Part shown: piece after piece, positions 17,675 through 27,502 of the stretch
Position numbering within the stretch: the stretch's first letter is position 1
Layout: every line of letters begins with the position of its first letter
Source: a virus
Virus record (IMG/VR): IMGVR_UViG_3300028840_005153
Location: 1 to 64,000 of that record
DNA length: 64,000 bases
Reading direction: 5' to 3' (one strand)
Notes under the pieces: generated by a model
What the model was told of the DNA's origin: nothing
Database searches by the model: none
Seen by the model: only the letters and a program-made list of their open reading frames with translations
Made by a program: the position numbers and the translations under genes

Positions 17675-19099
17675 ATGAAAAAGAAATCAACAAGGGAAGA
17701 GATTATCCATGAATCGAAGAAGTTTGTGGAAAGCAATAAAGGCTTGAAACTCGATATGAATGCGAAAGTAAAACAGTATATTTCTCCTCGTATCAGTAGT
17801 GAATATATGGATTGCAGTATGCCAATGACTTTCGATAGTTATTCCCATTGTAGCTTAGGATGCCTTTATTGTTTCGCTTATTTTTTCAAAAGTAATAATA
17901 CTTCATTTAATGAAAATCTTCATGTTTCCGCAATGGAAAAAATGATTCCAGCAATTGAAGGTAAACCAAAATCATATAGAGAAAAGATTTTTCATAGACA
18001 TTTTTATTCGAAGAAATTTCTTCTTCATTGGGGCGGCATGGCTGATCCTTTTTGTAACTTTGAAAGATCAAACAGGAGAGCATTTAATTTCCTGGAAGCT
18101 CTTGGAGCAAATAATTATCCAACTCTTTTTTCTTTCAAGGGTGCAACAATTTTTCATCCAAGATATCGTAGACTTTTTGAAAAGTATTCGTCTCAACAAA
18201 ATTTTGCTTTTCAAGTTTCTATTGTTACTGGCGATGATAAACTTTCAAGGGAAGTAGAAATAGGTGTTCCTTCTCCCACAAGAAGATTAGAAGCAATCAA
18301 AATGTTAAGTGAGATGGGATATTATACTATACTTCGTCTTCGCCCTTTTATTATTGGCGTCACAGATCGTAGTCTTGATGAATTACTTGGAAAGGCTTTG
18401 GAAGCTGGAATCAAAGGCGTCAGTATGGAATTTTTTGCGGTAGATGTTAGATGTAGTTCGGGAATGAGGACTCGCTATAAATGGCTTGCACAAGTAATGG
18501 GAGTCAAAGATTTACTTTCATATTTCAAAGATTTATCTCCATCAGAACGTGGTGGATATATGCGATTAAATCGTTTAGTGAAAGAAATTTATGTCCGTAA
18601 AGTCTTTGAATTTTGCATGACACATGGATTAACTTTTGGTGTAAGCGATCCGGATTTCAAAGAATTAAATTCTTCGGGTAGTTGTTGCGGTATGCCTGAT
18701 GATTTTCCCGATAACCGTTTGCTTGAAAATTGGACACGTGGTCAATTAACATATGCTTTGAAAGAAGCAAGAAGAAAATATCATTTGGAAAATAAGGATC
18801 AATATCTTCGGTTTAATGATGTCTTTCATAAGGAAGACACTTACCTTGACGATATAGAATTAACAAATGATCACGTTGCTTGTGCTGAACTTACTGCCGC
18901 TGAAAGGAAGAGTTATACTTATCGAAGTTTAGCACAAAAGACTTGGAATAATTTGCGCAGTCCTGGGAATCCAAGAAATTACTTTCATGGTAAAATACTT
19001 CCTGTCGGAATAGATCAAGATGGAAATCTCGAATTTAAATATGTTGAACATGACTACGAAAAAAGATGGGCAAAAGACGGTCTTGATCTTTCGTATTGA
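17675..19099 (+). CDS. Radical SAM protein (spore-photoproduct-lyase-like clade)
   Basis: CSLGCLYC CxxxCxxC; GGMADPF, EIGVPSP.RRL, LRLRPFI, late CCG. Confidence 0.85.
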   Translation: MKKKSTREEIIHESKKFVESNKGLKLDMNAKVKQYISPRISSEYMDCSMPMTFDSYSHCSLGCLYCFAYFFKSNNTSFNENLHVSAMEKMIPAIEGKPKSYREKIFHRHFYSKKFLLHWGGMADPFCNFERSNRRAFNFLEALGANNYPTLFSFKGATIFHPRYRRLFEKYSSQQNFAFQVSIVTGDDKLSREVEIGVPSPTRRLEAIKMLSEMGYYTILRLRPFIIGVTDRSLDELLGKALEAGIKGVSMEFFAVDVRCSSGMRTRYKWLAQVMGVKDLLSYFKDLSPSERGGYMRLNRLVKEIYVRKVFEFCMTHGLTFGVSDPDFKELNSSGSCCGMPDDFPDNRLLENWTRGQLTYALKEARRKYHLENKDQYLRFNDVFHKEDTYLDDIELTNDHVACAELTAAERKSYTYRSLAQKTWNNLRSPGNPRNYFHGKILPVGIDQDGNLEFKYVEHDYEKRWAKDGLDLSY

Positions 19100-19110
19100 A
19101 AGTTAAAAAC

Positions 19111-19818
19111 ATGCGAAGAAGAAAAACGGTTTTAATAACTGGCCCTGCCGATATGAGGACTTGGCGAAAGGGTTGGATATGCCAATCAGGTCCAACTTGT
19201 TATGTTGGGAATCCACCGGAATATTGTATTCCGGAAAAGTATCGATGTTCTTTGAAAGAAGTATGGGCCATTATTCGTTGGGTAAAAGAGAGAATTGGAA
19301 AATTTAAAATCGAGAGGGGAAGAATAGTGCCTGAACAAAGAAGGATTCGCCGACGAAAGAAAAGCAAAACAAATTATCTTCCTAAGGATAATTGGAGTGC
19401 TATTTTTATTGAACCTTATGGGAGAAGATTTTATGATGGCTATATTGCTTTATTAGTTGGAGCAGAATATGTGGGTGATTATCCAAATGGGAATTACAAT
19501 ATCTTGGAAGAGCCGAGAATAAAACTTGATGATTTAAATGTTGTTTTGAATTATGTTAACAAGCAATTCCCTGATGGGTGGCGCGTCAATGGAAAAGAAG
19601 TCATTGCAGGTAAACCCGATCCTATTCGATTGCCTGAGAGGAAAATACCTGAGTGGGAAAGGAAAGCAAAAGAGAGAAAGAAGGAAGAGGAAAGTAAAAA
19701 TTATCAGAAACCTTTTTCAAAACCAAAAGGGATACGTGAAGCTTTAATAGTAAAGGAAGAAAAGCCACGTCAAATTAAAAGAAGAAAGTCATTCAGAAAA
19801 ATACGGAGAAGAAAATGA
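19111..19818 (+). CDS. hypothetical protein with several IRRR motifs
   Basis: ORF; ends RKIRRRK. Confidence 0.65.
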   Translation: MRRRKTVLITGPADMRTWRKGWICQSGPTCYVGNPPEYCIPEKYRCSLKEVWAIIRWVKERIGKFKIERGRIVPEQRRIRRRKKSKTNYLPKDNWSAIFIEPYGRRFYDGYIALLVGAEYVGDYPNGNYNILEEPRIKLDDLNVVLNYVNKQFPDGWRVNGKEVIAGKPDPIRLPERKIPEWERKAKERKKEEESKNYQKPFSKPKGIREALIVKEEKPRQIKRRKSFRKIRRRK

Positions 19819-21215
19819 AAATCGCAGTTACTATTTACCCTCTTGATGGTATGGGTGGCATTATTCCCAATGTGGAAAATCAATTGTGGGGATTGAAAGA
19901 ACTTGGACACGAAGTGGATTTTTATCTTCTCGGTTGGCAGAATAAATTTATGAAAGGAAAGTATTCAGATAATGAATTACTTTCGACAAAAAATAATGGA
20001 TGGCGTAAAGGCTGTTTATATCCTGTTCATGGAACTAAGGGTTGGAATTTTCCTCTGGAAAGAAAAATTCCATATAAGGGAAAAGAAAATATCAAAAGGG
20101 CAAAGCGAATACTTTCAAAGTATGATTTTATCATTTGGCAAATTCCTGTCCCCACAAGGCAAAAAGCAAACAGGGGAAATGTTGATTGGATAGAATTATA
20201 TAAGGCAAACGAAGTAAATGTTCTTTATTGCCATGACTGTCATCTTATTGAGAGATATCCTTATATCTACGAAATCAAAGATAATATTGTCGGTGTTGCG
20301 ACTACTCATACTGCCGGATATGGTGTTATGAAACTTGGAGGGATTCAAAAAGCATTGATATTTAGTAGCCATAATATAAATAGCACTCAAAGATCGTACT
20401 CATATTATAGGAGAGAAAAAGGATTTCTTTCGTTACAGAATTTTAAAAATACTAAAAATACTGATTTGCTTTTACGTTCAATACCATATATTTCAAAAGA
20501 TATTTCAAAACATATGGCGGGAGGTGGCCGGGAACAGTTATATATGACAAGCGAAGAAAAGTGCAAGCCTGAGTATTACTGCTCTCGAATTTATGATCCC
20601 GACCTTCCATTAAAAATACAGAAGAAGAAAATGAAAATATGGGATTATGCGATAGAAAATAATTTGATTTGGCATGGGTGGGTTTCACCTGCCGAAAGAG
20701 ATAAATTGCTGAGAAGTATTAGGACACTTGTTGATTTGAGTTGGGGAAAATATATCGAAGAGTATGGTGGAACTTTTAATCGTGTCTTTGTGGATGCTTG
20801 TATAAATGGAGCTATTCCAATCAGAGTAAAATATAATACCAATAAGGAAAGAAGTATAAATTCAATACTCAAAGAGAATGAACATTATATACCATTTCCT
20901 ATCCCACCTAATGCTACTCCAAAAGAAATTGCTGAAGTTATAAATGAGGCTAACAATCTTGAAAGAAAAAAGTGGAAAGAGATATTGAGCAGTAATTATA
21001 AACTATTACTTAATTTTGATAGGAAGCATTGTGCTCAACAATTTATTAATCTCGCAAAGAATAAACCGGCAGGATTTTTTAATGATGTAAAAATACTTTC
21101 ACAAACTGATCCGAAGATAATTATAAAATCTAATAAGATGATGAAAGAGTTTTTTGGTCAGGAAAAAGTAACGATAAAAAAGAATAGCGGTATGAGGAAA
21201 ATTTTGAGGAGCTGA
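19815..21215 (+). CDS. Putative GT-B glycosyltransferase (possibly DNA-modifying)
   Basis: N-terminal MKI.....GG....L..GLKELGHEV; K..DLLL, F.RV.VDA..NGAIPI C-terminal motif. Confidence 0.65.
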   Translation: MKIAVTIYPLDGMGGIIPNVENQLWGLKELGHEVDFYLLGWQNKFMKGKYSDNELLSTKNNGWRKGCLYPVHGTKGWNFPLERKIPYKGKENIKRAKRILSKYDFIIWQIPVPTRQKANRGNVDWIELYKANEVNVLYCHDCHLIERYPYIYEIKDNIVGVATTHTAGYGVMKLGGIQKALIFSSHNINSTQRSYSYYRREKGFLSLQNFKNTKNTDLLLRSIPYISKDISKHMAGGGREQLYMTSEEKCKPEYYCSRIYDPDLPLKIQKKKMKIWDYAIENNLIWHGWVSPAERDKLLRSIRTLVDLSWGKYIEEYGGTFNRVFVDACINGAIPIRVKYNTNKERSINSILKENEHYIPFPIPPNATPKEIAEVINEANNLERKKWKEILSSNYKLLLNFDRKHCAQQFINLAKNKPAGFFNDVKILSQTDPKIIIKSNKMMKEFFGQEKVTIKKNSGMRKILRS

Positions 21216-21216
21216 A

Positions 21217-22215
21217 ATGTCTTTGAATAGTTTATACTGTTTAAAAATTTGTCCAGTTGAAGGATGTAATCGTTTTTGTAAATTCTGTGGAGGTTATTCT
21301 ATATGGAAAACAAAGGAAGACAGGAAGTATAAATTTATGGATTTGGAGTTAGCAGAAAAAATGGCGTTTTCTTTTGGTAATGAATACGAAAGTAAAAGGA
21401 TAAGTATTGGGCAATTTGGCGAGCCTTTACTTCACCCAAATATCTTTGATATAATTCAAGCCTTTAGAAGTTATGGCCCTTCGCATATGCAAACGATTTT
21501 CAGTAATGGTTTATGTTTGATAGAAAATGGAGCAGATTTTATCTGTGAAATTTTTGCGAAAGGTATAGATTTTCTTATCATAGATACCTATACGAAGGGT
21601 GAAGAGATTCGTAAGGTTGTTAAAAAATCAAAGATAAAGATGATAGATTTTTACAAGGATAAACCAAAAAGTTTTCCAGGATTTATGTATCAAAAGCCTG
21701 GAAAGGAAAAAGTAATAGTTATCGTAGATGATCTTGGAAGTAAAGCTGGAATAGATAGGCGGAGAGGGATAGTCAATTCTGCTGGAAATTCTAATCCTAA
21801 AATTTTAAAAAAGTATGGGATATTTCCTATTGTTAATCCTATCGAAAGTAAATGCGTTCGGCCTTTTAGGGAGATGATTGTTTGCCATGATGGGGCTGTT
21901 CCTATTTGCTGTATTGATTGGAAGAGGGATTGCCTATTGGGAGTTTTTACAAATTCTATCAGTAAAATTTGGAATTCAAAATCTTTTCAAGCCGTAAGAT
22001 ATTTGCTGTATAATAAAAAGAGAATTTTTAATCCTTGTTACAAGTGTGATTTTAGCGGAGGTAACCGAAGAGGATTTTTAAAATGCCCTGAAGAAGTTGA
22101 TTATGGTTATCTTGAAAGGATGCAAAAGCGTTCAAAGTATAAAAGCAAATATTCAGTTGATCCTTTTTGGTATGATAAAGGGCTAAATGGAATTACTTCT
22201 TTTCTTAGGAGATGA
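21217..22215 (+). CDS. Radical SAM / SPASM (twitch) domain protein
   Basis: CNRFCKFC, GEPLLHP, SNG; C-terminal C.RPF...DG.V.ICC.D...IWNS...C.KC. Confidence 0.88.
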   Translation: MSLNSLYCLKICPVEGCNRFCKFCGGYSIWKTKEDRKYKFMDLELAEKMAFSFGNEYESKRISIGQFGEPLLHPNIFDIIQAFRSYGPSHMQTIFSNGLCLIENGADFICEIFAKGIDFLIIDTYTKGEEIRKVVKKSKIKMIDFYKDKPKSFPGFMYQKPGKEKVIVIVDDLGSKAGIDRRRGIVNSAGNSNPKILKKYGIFPIVNPIESKCVRPFREMIVCHDGAVPICCIDWKRDCLLGVFTNSISKIWNSKSFQAVRYLLYNKKRIFNPCYKCDFSGGNRRGFLKCPEEVDYGYLERMQKRSKYKSKYSVDPFWYDKGLNGITSFLRR

Positions 22216-25200
22216 CAATGGTAGATTTTTGCCACTTGCACAACCATGATGAATATTCGGCATTGGATGGCTTTGGAACTGCGAAGCAATACTGTGAACA
22301 AGCGGAAAAAATTGGTTATGAATATCTTGGATCGACAAACCATGCAAACATTGATGGGCTGATAAAATTTCAAAAGGAATGCAGGGAAAGAGATATTATT
22401 CCAGTCCTTGGTTGCGAAGGCTATATTGTTCCAGACCCATCGAAGAAAAATAAAGGTGATCGTCGTGGTCACATTTGTTTTTGGGTGAAGAATCAAATAG
22501 GATTTAAAAATCTTTGCAAACTTTTAACTCATGCAAATATGGAAGGCTTTTATTACAGGCCCCGAATGGGTTTCGAAGAAGTGTTGGATTTATGTGAAGG
22601 GCTTGTGATTTCTACCGCTTGCTCTCAGTCTTTTCTGAATCTTGAAGGTGGTAATGACTTCTTTTTAGATTTATATGAAAGAATTGAAGACGATCTTTAT
22701 TTGGAAGTAATGCCACATGATTACAAAGGACAGTATAGGATTAATAAAATTTGCAGAAGACTTTCGAAGAAATATGAAATACCTTTGGTGGCAACAAATG
22801 ATTGTCACTATGTAAAGAAAAGTCAATGGAAAGGGCATGAAGTATTGTTAGCAATACAAAGGAGAGCAAAATGGGATGATCCTAACCGTTGGAAATTTGG
22901 TATAACAGGATTACACTTACGAACACCCGAAGAAATGTTTGACGCCTTTATAGAACAGGGGATTTTTACCAAAAGAGAAATTCGCAAGGCAATGGAATTC
23001 AGTTTGGAAATAGCAGAAAAATGTGAAGATTATACAATTCCAAAACTCGATATAAAACTTCCAAGAATTTCAGAAGCGGAGGGTAGAATTGAAAGCCGAA
23101 TGCTGCGTCAAATTTGCGAAAGCAATTTTGAAAATATGTTTGGTGAAGACATGCAAAATTATAAAGATGAAAGATATTGGAAAAGATACCGCGAAGAATT
23201 TAGAATTATCAGACATAAAAAATTCGTAAGATATTTTTTAATTGTATGGGAACTTGTTAATTGGTGCAAGATAAACGATGTCATGGTAGGGCCTGGACGC
23301 GGTAGTGTTGGTGGATCTTTGATAGCATATCTTATGGGTATAACAACTGTCGATCCTTTAAAATTTGGTCTCCTGTTTAGCCGTTTTATTAGCGAAGATA
23401 GAATTGATTATCCTGATATAGATTTAGACTTCGAGGATTCAAAAAGACATTTGGTCAGAGAACACATTGAAGATTTATATGGGGAGAAAAAAGTTGCAGG
23501 AATTTCTACTTTCATGCGTATGAAAAGCCGCGCCATCATTAAGGATGTTGGAAGAGTATTTGATGTACCAGATAAGGAAGCAAATGAATTAACTAAGCTA
23601 ATTGATCCAAGCGAAGAAAATGCCATTCAAGATGCAATGCGTGAAACGGAAGAGGGAAGAGCATTTAAGAAAAAATATCCACTCGTAGTAAAATATGCTT
23701 TACAACTTGAAGGCCAAATAAAGGGCGGCGGACAACATGCTGCCGGAGTAATTGTAAGTGATGATGAAATAGAAAATGCGGGAAGAGGAAATATCGCAAT
23801 AAGAAATAACGTTCCGGTTATAAATTGGGAAATGAGTGATACGGAATATATAGGCTTAATGAAACTTGATATACTTGGCCTGAATACTCTTTCAGTTTTA
23901 AATGAAGCGCGTCGGCTAATAAAAGAAAATCATGAAAAGGATATTTTCTTTCCATCTATATCTTTGAAAGATAAGAGAATTTTTAAAGAGATAAGGAATG
24001 GAAATGTTGTTGGAGTTTTTCAATTAGGAACGTGGGCTATGACGCGCCTGATAGAGGAATTACAACCTACATGCTTCGAAGATATTGTTGCTTCAGTTGC
24101 TTTAGTACGTCCAGGCCCTAATGATTCAGGAATGACTGCTGATTATATTAAAAGAAAAAATGGTTCAAAGTGGCACCATTTACATCCTGCATACGAAGAG
24201 ATCACAAAAGAAACCTATGGAATAATTGTTTATCAGGAACAGGTAATGAGAGTAATTAGTGAAGTTGCTGGACTGCCAATAACAACTGCCGATAAGATTA
24301 GAAAAATTATTGGGAAGAAAAGGGATGTCAAAGAGTTTGCACCTTTCAAAAAGATGTTCATAGAAGGATGCTTGAATGAGAAAACTTTATCAAAGACTGA
24401 AGCGGAAAACTTCTGGGAAGCCTTGCAAAACCACGCTCGTTATTCTTTTAATAAAAGCCACTCTGTAGAATATGCTATGATTTCTTATTGGTGTATGTGG
24501 GTGAAGACTTATTATCCAACTGAATTTATTTGTGCTGTTTTAACTTATGGCGCGGATTCAAAAAAGGAAGAAATTGTAGAGGAAGCATATCGTCTTGGAT
24601 TAAATCTTATTTTGCCCAAAGTAAACAGTGAAACGCATCCTGTTAGATGGAAAGCAAAAGGTAGGAAATTATATATACCATTTGTTGAAGTAAAAGGAAT
24701 TGGTGAAAAAACCTGTTGGCAAATTAACACCGGAAAGCGTAATGGGATGCTTCAGTTCTTTAATAAAAAGCAGTCAGCAAATAATACTGAACAACATAAG
24801 GGTTCGCTTGGTAAAGTATTGAAAGCAATTGGAGCCTATGGAAACAAGCCTGAAGATGATATTTCAAAATACTTTGATTTTAGAACTGAAGCAAACCCTC
24901 GCAAACAATATCCAAACCTTTACCGTTTATTTCGTGGGAATTTGGCAATCGAAGATTTAGATGATGCGCTATTGGCAAGGAAAGTAAAGAAGAATTTCAT
25001 TTTTAAATCAGAAGAAAAAAGTCGTGGTTATGTTCAATGTTCAAAGTGTGGATTAAGAAAAAATGGGACACCTTCGCCGATGATTGCCGGTCGCTATAAT
25101 ATTATGATTGTTGAATTATATAAACCCGAAAGTAAAAAAAATGTGAAGAAGAATATCAAAATATTGGAAGATGAATTTTCTAAAGTAGATTTAAAAATTG

Positions 25201-25541
25201 AAGACTTTTACAGAACTCATTTAATTAAATGTCCAATTGAAAAGAGTGAAGAGAAATATGTTGAAAAATGTTCACATCTTTTACTTGAAGAGATAAGAGA
25301 TATTCGCCCGAAAGTTATATTATCTTTCGGTAAAATAACTATGAAATATTTTCTTGGAAGGGATGATAGCATAACGAAGTTAAGCGGTAAAACAGAATGG
25401 AGTGAAGACTTCAATGCTTGGATTGTGCCATGTGTAGCGCCTTCGGCAGTAATACAAAATAAAGAAAATAAAATTCATTTCAAAAATGGGATAAGAAATT
25501 TTGCGAGAACACTTCGCATAATTGGTTCGAAATATTTTTGA
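22212..25541 (+). CDS. dnaE: DNA polymerase III alpha subunit (family C) with C-terminal UDG-like domain
   Basis: PHP HLHNHDEYS, TNDCHY, GPGRGSVGGS, PDIDLD, HAAG, KLDILG, YQEQ, YSFNKSH; UDG family-4-like tail from about 25030. Confidence 0.95.
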   Translation: MTMVDFCHLHNHDEYSALDGFGTAKQYCEQAEKIGYEYLGSTNHANIDGLIKFQKECRERDIIPVLGCEGYIVPDPSKKNKGDRRGHICFWVKNQIGFKNLCKLLTHANMEGFYYRPRMGFEEVLDLCEGLVISTACSQSFLNLEGGNDFFLDLYERIEDDLYLEVMPHDYKGQYRINKICRRLSKKYEIPLVATNDCHYVKKSQWKGHEVLLAIQRRAKWDDPNRWKFGITGLHLRTPEEMFDAFIEQGIFTKREIRKAMEFSLEIAEKCEDYTIPKLDIKLPRISEAEGRIESRMLRQICESNFENMFGEDMQNYKDERYWKRYREEFRIIRHKKFVRYFLIVWELVNWCKINDVMVGPGRGSVGGSLIAYLMGITTVDPLKFGLLFSRFISEDRIDYPDIDLDFEDSKRHLVREHIEDLYGEKKVAGISTFMRMKSRAIIKDVGRVFDVPDKEANELTKLIDPSEENAIQDAMRETEEGRAFKKKYPLVVKYALQLEGQIKGGGQHAAGVIVSDDEIENAGRGNIAIRNNVPVINWEMSDTEYIGLMKLDILGLNTLSVLNEARRLIKENHEKDIFFPSISLKDKRIFKEIRNGNVVGVFQLGTWAMTRLIEELQPTCFEDIVASVALVRPGPNDSGMTADYIKRKNGSKWHHLHPAYEEITKETYGIIVYQEQVMRVISEVAGLPITTADKIRKIIGKKRDVKEFAPFKKMFIEGCLNEKTLSKTEAENFWEALQNHARYSFNKSHSVEYAMISYWCMWVKTYYPTEFICAVLTYGADSKKEEIVEEAYRLGLNLILPKVNSETHPVRWKAKGRKLYIPFVEVKGIGEKTCWQINTGKRNGMLQFFNKKQSANNTEQHKGSLGKVLKAIGAYGNKPEDDISKYFDFRTEANPRKQYPNLYRLFRGNLAIEDLDDALLARKVKKNFIFKSEEKSRGYVQCSKCGLRKNGTPSPMIAGRYNIMIVELYKPESKKNVKKNIKILEDEFSKVDLKIEDFYRTHLIKCPIEKSEEKYVEKCSHLLLEEIRDIRPKVILSFGKITMKYFLGRDDSITKLSGKTEWSEDFNAWIVPCVAPSAVIQNKENKIHFKNGIRNFARTLRIIGSKYF

Positions 25542-25553
25542 TTAATTCTCTCC

Positions 25554-25570
25554 ATAAACTTGTTATAATA
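25554..25570 (+). promoter_or_regulatory. extended -10 promoter, copy A of identical 17-mer
   Basis: ATAAACTTGTTATAATA, identical at 30970-30986. Confidence 0.65.
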
Positions 25571-25591
25571 GAAGTAAAAGGAAGATGAAAG

Positions 25592-26080
25592 ATGAATAAA
25601 TATCGTCAAGATTTAAAAATTAACAAGCATGAATTGGATGAGGAGTTAATCGAGCAACCTCAGAGATATATGGAATACATCGAATTAGCTGCGGAAGCTG
25701 CTGCTGAAAAAGATGATGCGGCAGATGCACTTGAAATAACGAAAGCGATTGTAGAAGATTTAATTCGGACTGACCCTGAAAAATTTGGCTTAGAAGAAAA
25801 ACCAAAGGAAGGAGCAATTAAAGCGGCAATAATAAAACACCCTCGCGTTCAAAGAGCTAACAAGCGCTTAAGGAAAGCAAGGAAGACATTGAGAATACTT
25901 GAAGGCGCAAAGTCAAGTTTTGAACAGAGGAAGACAATGCTTTCCAAACTTGTTGATTATAGGATTGCAGGATTTTATTCCGAACCAAGGATAAAAAGAA
26001 CAACTCAGAATAAGATGGAAAAAGATACTGCAAAAGGCATAAGAGAAACAATGAAGAAAAGAAAAATCAGGAGAAGATAA
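25592..26080 (+). CDS. UvsY-like recombination mediator
   Basis: DLKIN...LD.EL..QP..Y helical pattern; next to SSB and RecA. Confidence 0.65.
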   Translation: MNKYRQDLKINKHELDEELIEQPQRYMEYIELAAEAAAEKDDAADALEITKAIVEDLIRTDPEKFGLEEKPKEGAIKAAIIKHPRVQRANKRLRKARKTLRILEGAKSSFEQRKTMLSKLVDYRIAGFYSEPRIKRTTQNKMEKDTAKGIRETMKKRKIRRR

Positions 26081-26268
26081 TGAACCTCATTATCCAATTA
26101 CTCCTATATGCTTTGGGAAGTGTAATTGGCTTTTTTCTCCTGTGCATATTGGGATATATTTTTACGAGAATAATTATGGTAGCAATTATCACATCCATTC
26201 ATGAACACCAAAACAAAAGGAGAGAAGAAAATGGCGCGAAGATTGAAGAGAGAAAAAGGAAAGGGTAA
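26080..26268 (+). CDS. small membrane protein
   Basis: Hydrophobic N-terminal helix; coupled start. Confidence 0.55.
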   Translation: MNLIIQLLLYALGSVIGFFLLCILGYIFTRIIMVAIITSIHEHQNKRREENGAKIEERKRKG

Positions 26269-27436
26269 AGCTTCAGACCGGAGAAGTAAATTCAAGAAGC
26301 TCCAAAACCGCGTCAAGAAAGGATATGACCGTAAAGATGGAGGTGGGAAGTCATATCTTAAAATGCCGGATAAAGTTAGTGAATGGCGTCCTGGCAATGG
26401 TTCTCATATTATAGATATTATTCCCTATGATGCCGGTAAGTTGGATAAACTTGTTAATGAAGGGGATCCAACTTATACTCTCGAAGTTCATATTCATAGA
26501 GGAGTAGGCCCTTCCGAGGAATGGTATGTTTGCCCACAAGAAATGACTGGAAAGCCTTGCCCTATTTGTGAGCATAGGAAAAAGTTGCGCGATCAGGGCG
26601 CTGATAAGGATAAATGGAAAGAGTTATTCCCGAAGAAAAGGAATCTATATAATATTGTTTGTTATGATAGCCGTGAAGAAATAAAGAAAGGAGTTCAAAT
26701 TTGGAACGTTCCTTATTTTTACTTTGAAAAAAGTCTTCTGGCAATTGCTAAAAAGCCACAGCGAGCAGGGTCGAAATCAAAGGTTGAACCGTTTGTTCCC
26801 TTTAGTGATCCTGATGAAGGGAAGTCAATTAATTTCACAATTGAAAAACCAAAAAGCAAAGATGATTTTCCTTCATATGTTGGTCATTCCTTTGAAGATA
26901 GAGATTACGAAATAGAAGATAAGATTTTGGATGCGGCAGTTTGCCTTGATGATCTTATCGTTATTGAAGATTACGATACTATTTCAGAAGCCTATTGGGG
27001 AAGTGAAGGGGAAAAGTCTTCGCGTCGTAGTAAACGTGGTAAAAAATCTGATGCTGCAAATGTTGATGAATTGCGGGATCTCCTGGATGAGGTAGAAGAT
27101 ATTGACGATTGGGATGACCTCGAAGAATTCATAGATGAAAATAATATTGAGGTTGGTGATGACGAAGATGAATTAGAAGATCAGTTTGATGACGAAGATG
27201 AATTGAAAGAAGCAATTATTGAAAGCCTTGAAGAAGCAATTGAAAATGCAGAAGAAGATGAAAAACCTACCCGTTCAAAAAAACGTTCAGGCAGTCGTAG
27301 TAAGGATAATGAATGCCCTGAAGGTGGTACGTTTGGGGAAGACATAAATGAGTTTGATGAATGCGAAGATTGCAAATTGTGGAACGCTTGTTTAAAGGCA
27401 AGCAAGAAGGGACGTTCGCGTCGGCCTCGTAGATAA
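26231..27436 (+). CDS. Single-stranded DNA-binding protein (gp32-like) with acidic domain and Cys-rich tail
   Basis: H...C......CPICE Zn site, RNLYNIV, PF.DPDEGK; acidic C-terminal half. Confidence 0.75.
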   Translation: MARRLKREKGKGKASDRRSKFKKLQNRVKKGYDRKDGGGKSYLKMPDKVSEWRPGNGSHIIDIIPYDAGKLDKLVNEGDPTYTLEVHIHRGVGPSEEWYVCPQEMTGKPCPICEHRKKLRDQGADKDKWKELFPKKRNLYNIVCYDSREEIKKGVQIWNVPYFYFEKSLLAIAKKPQRAGSKSKVEPFVPFSDPDEGKSINFTIEKPKSKDDFPSYVGHSFEDRDYEIEDKILDAAVCLDDLIVIEDYDTISEAYWGSEGEKSSRRSKRGKKSDAANVDELRDLLDEVEDIDDWDDLEEFIDENNIEVGDDEDELEDQFDDEDELKEAIIESLEEAIENAEEDEKPTRSKKRSGSRSKDNECPEGGTFGEDINEFDECEDCKLWNACLKASKKGRSRRPRR

Positions 27437-27451
27437 TCTTTGAAGAGGAAA

Positions 27452-27485
27452 GGGGGAGTAAAAACTCCCCCCTGATTTTTTATTT
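27452..27485 (+). terminator. Rho-independent terminator
   Basis: GGGGGAGT-AAAA-ACTCCCCC plus T-rich tail. Confidence 0.7.
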
Positions 27486-27502
27486 CTACAAGAGGAATAA
27501 TA

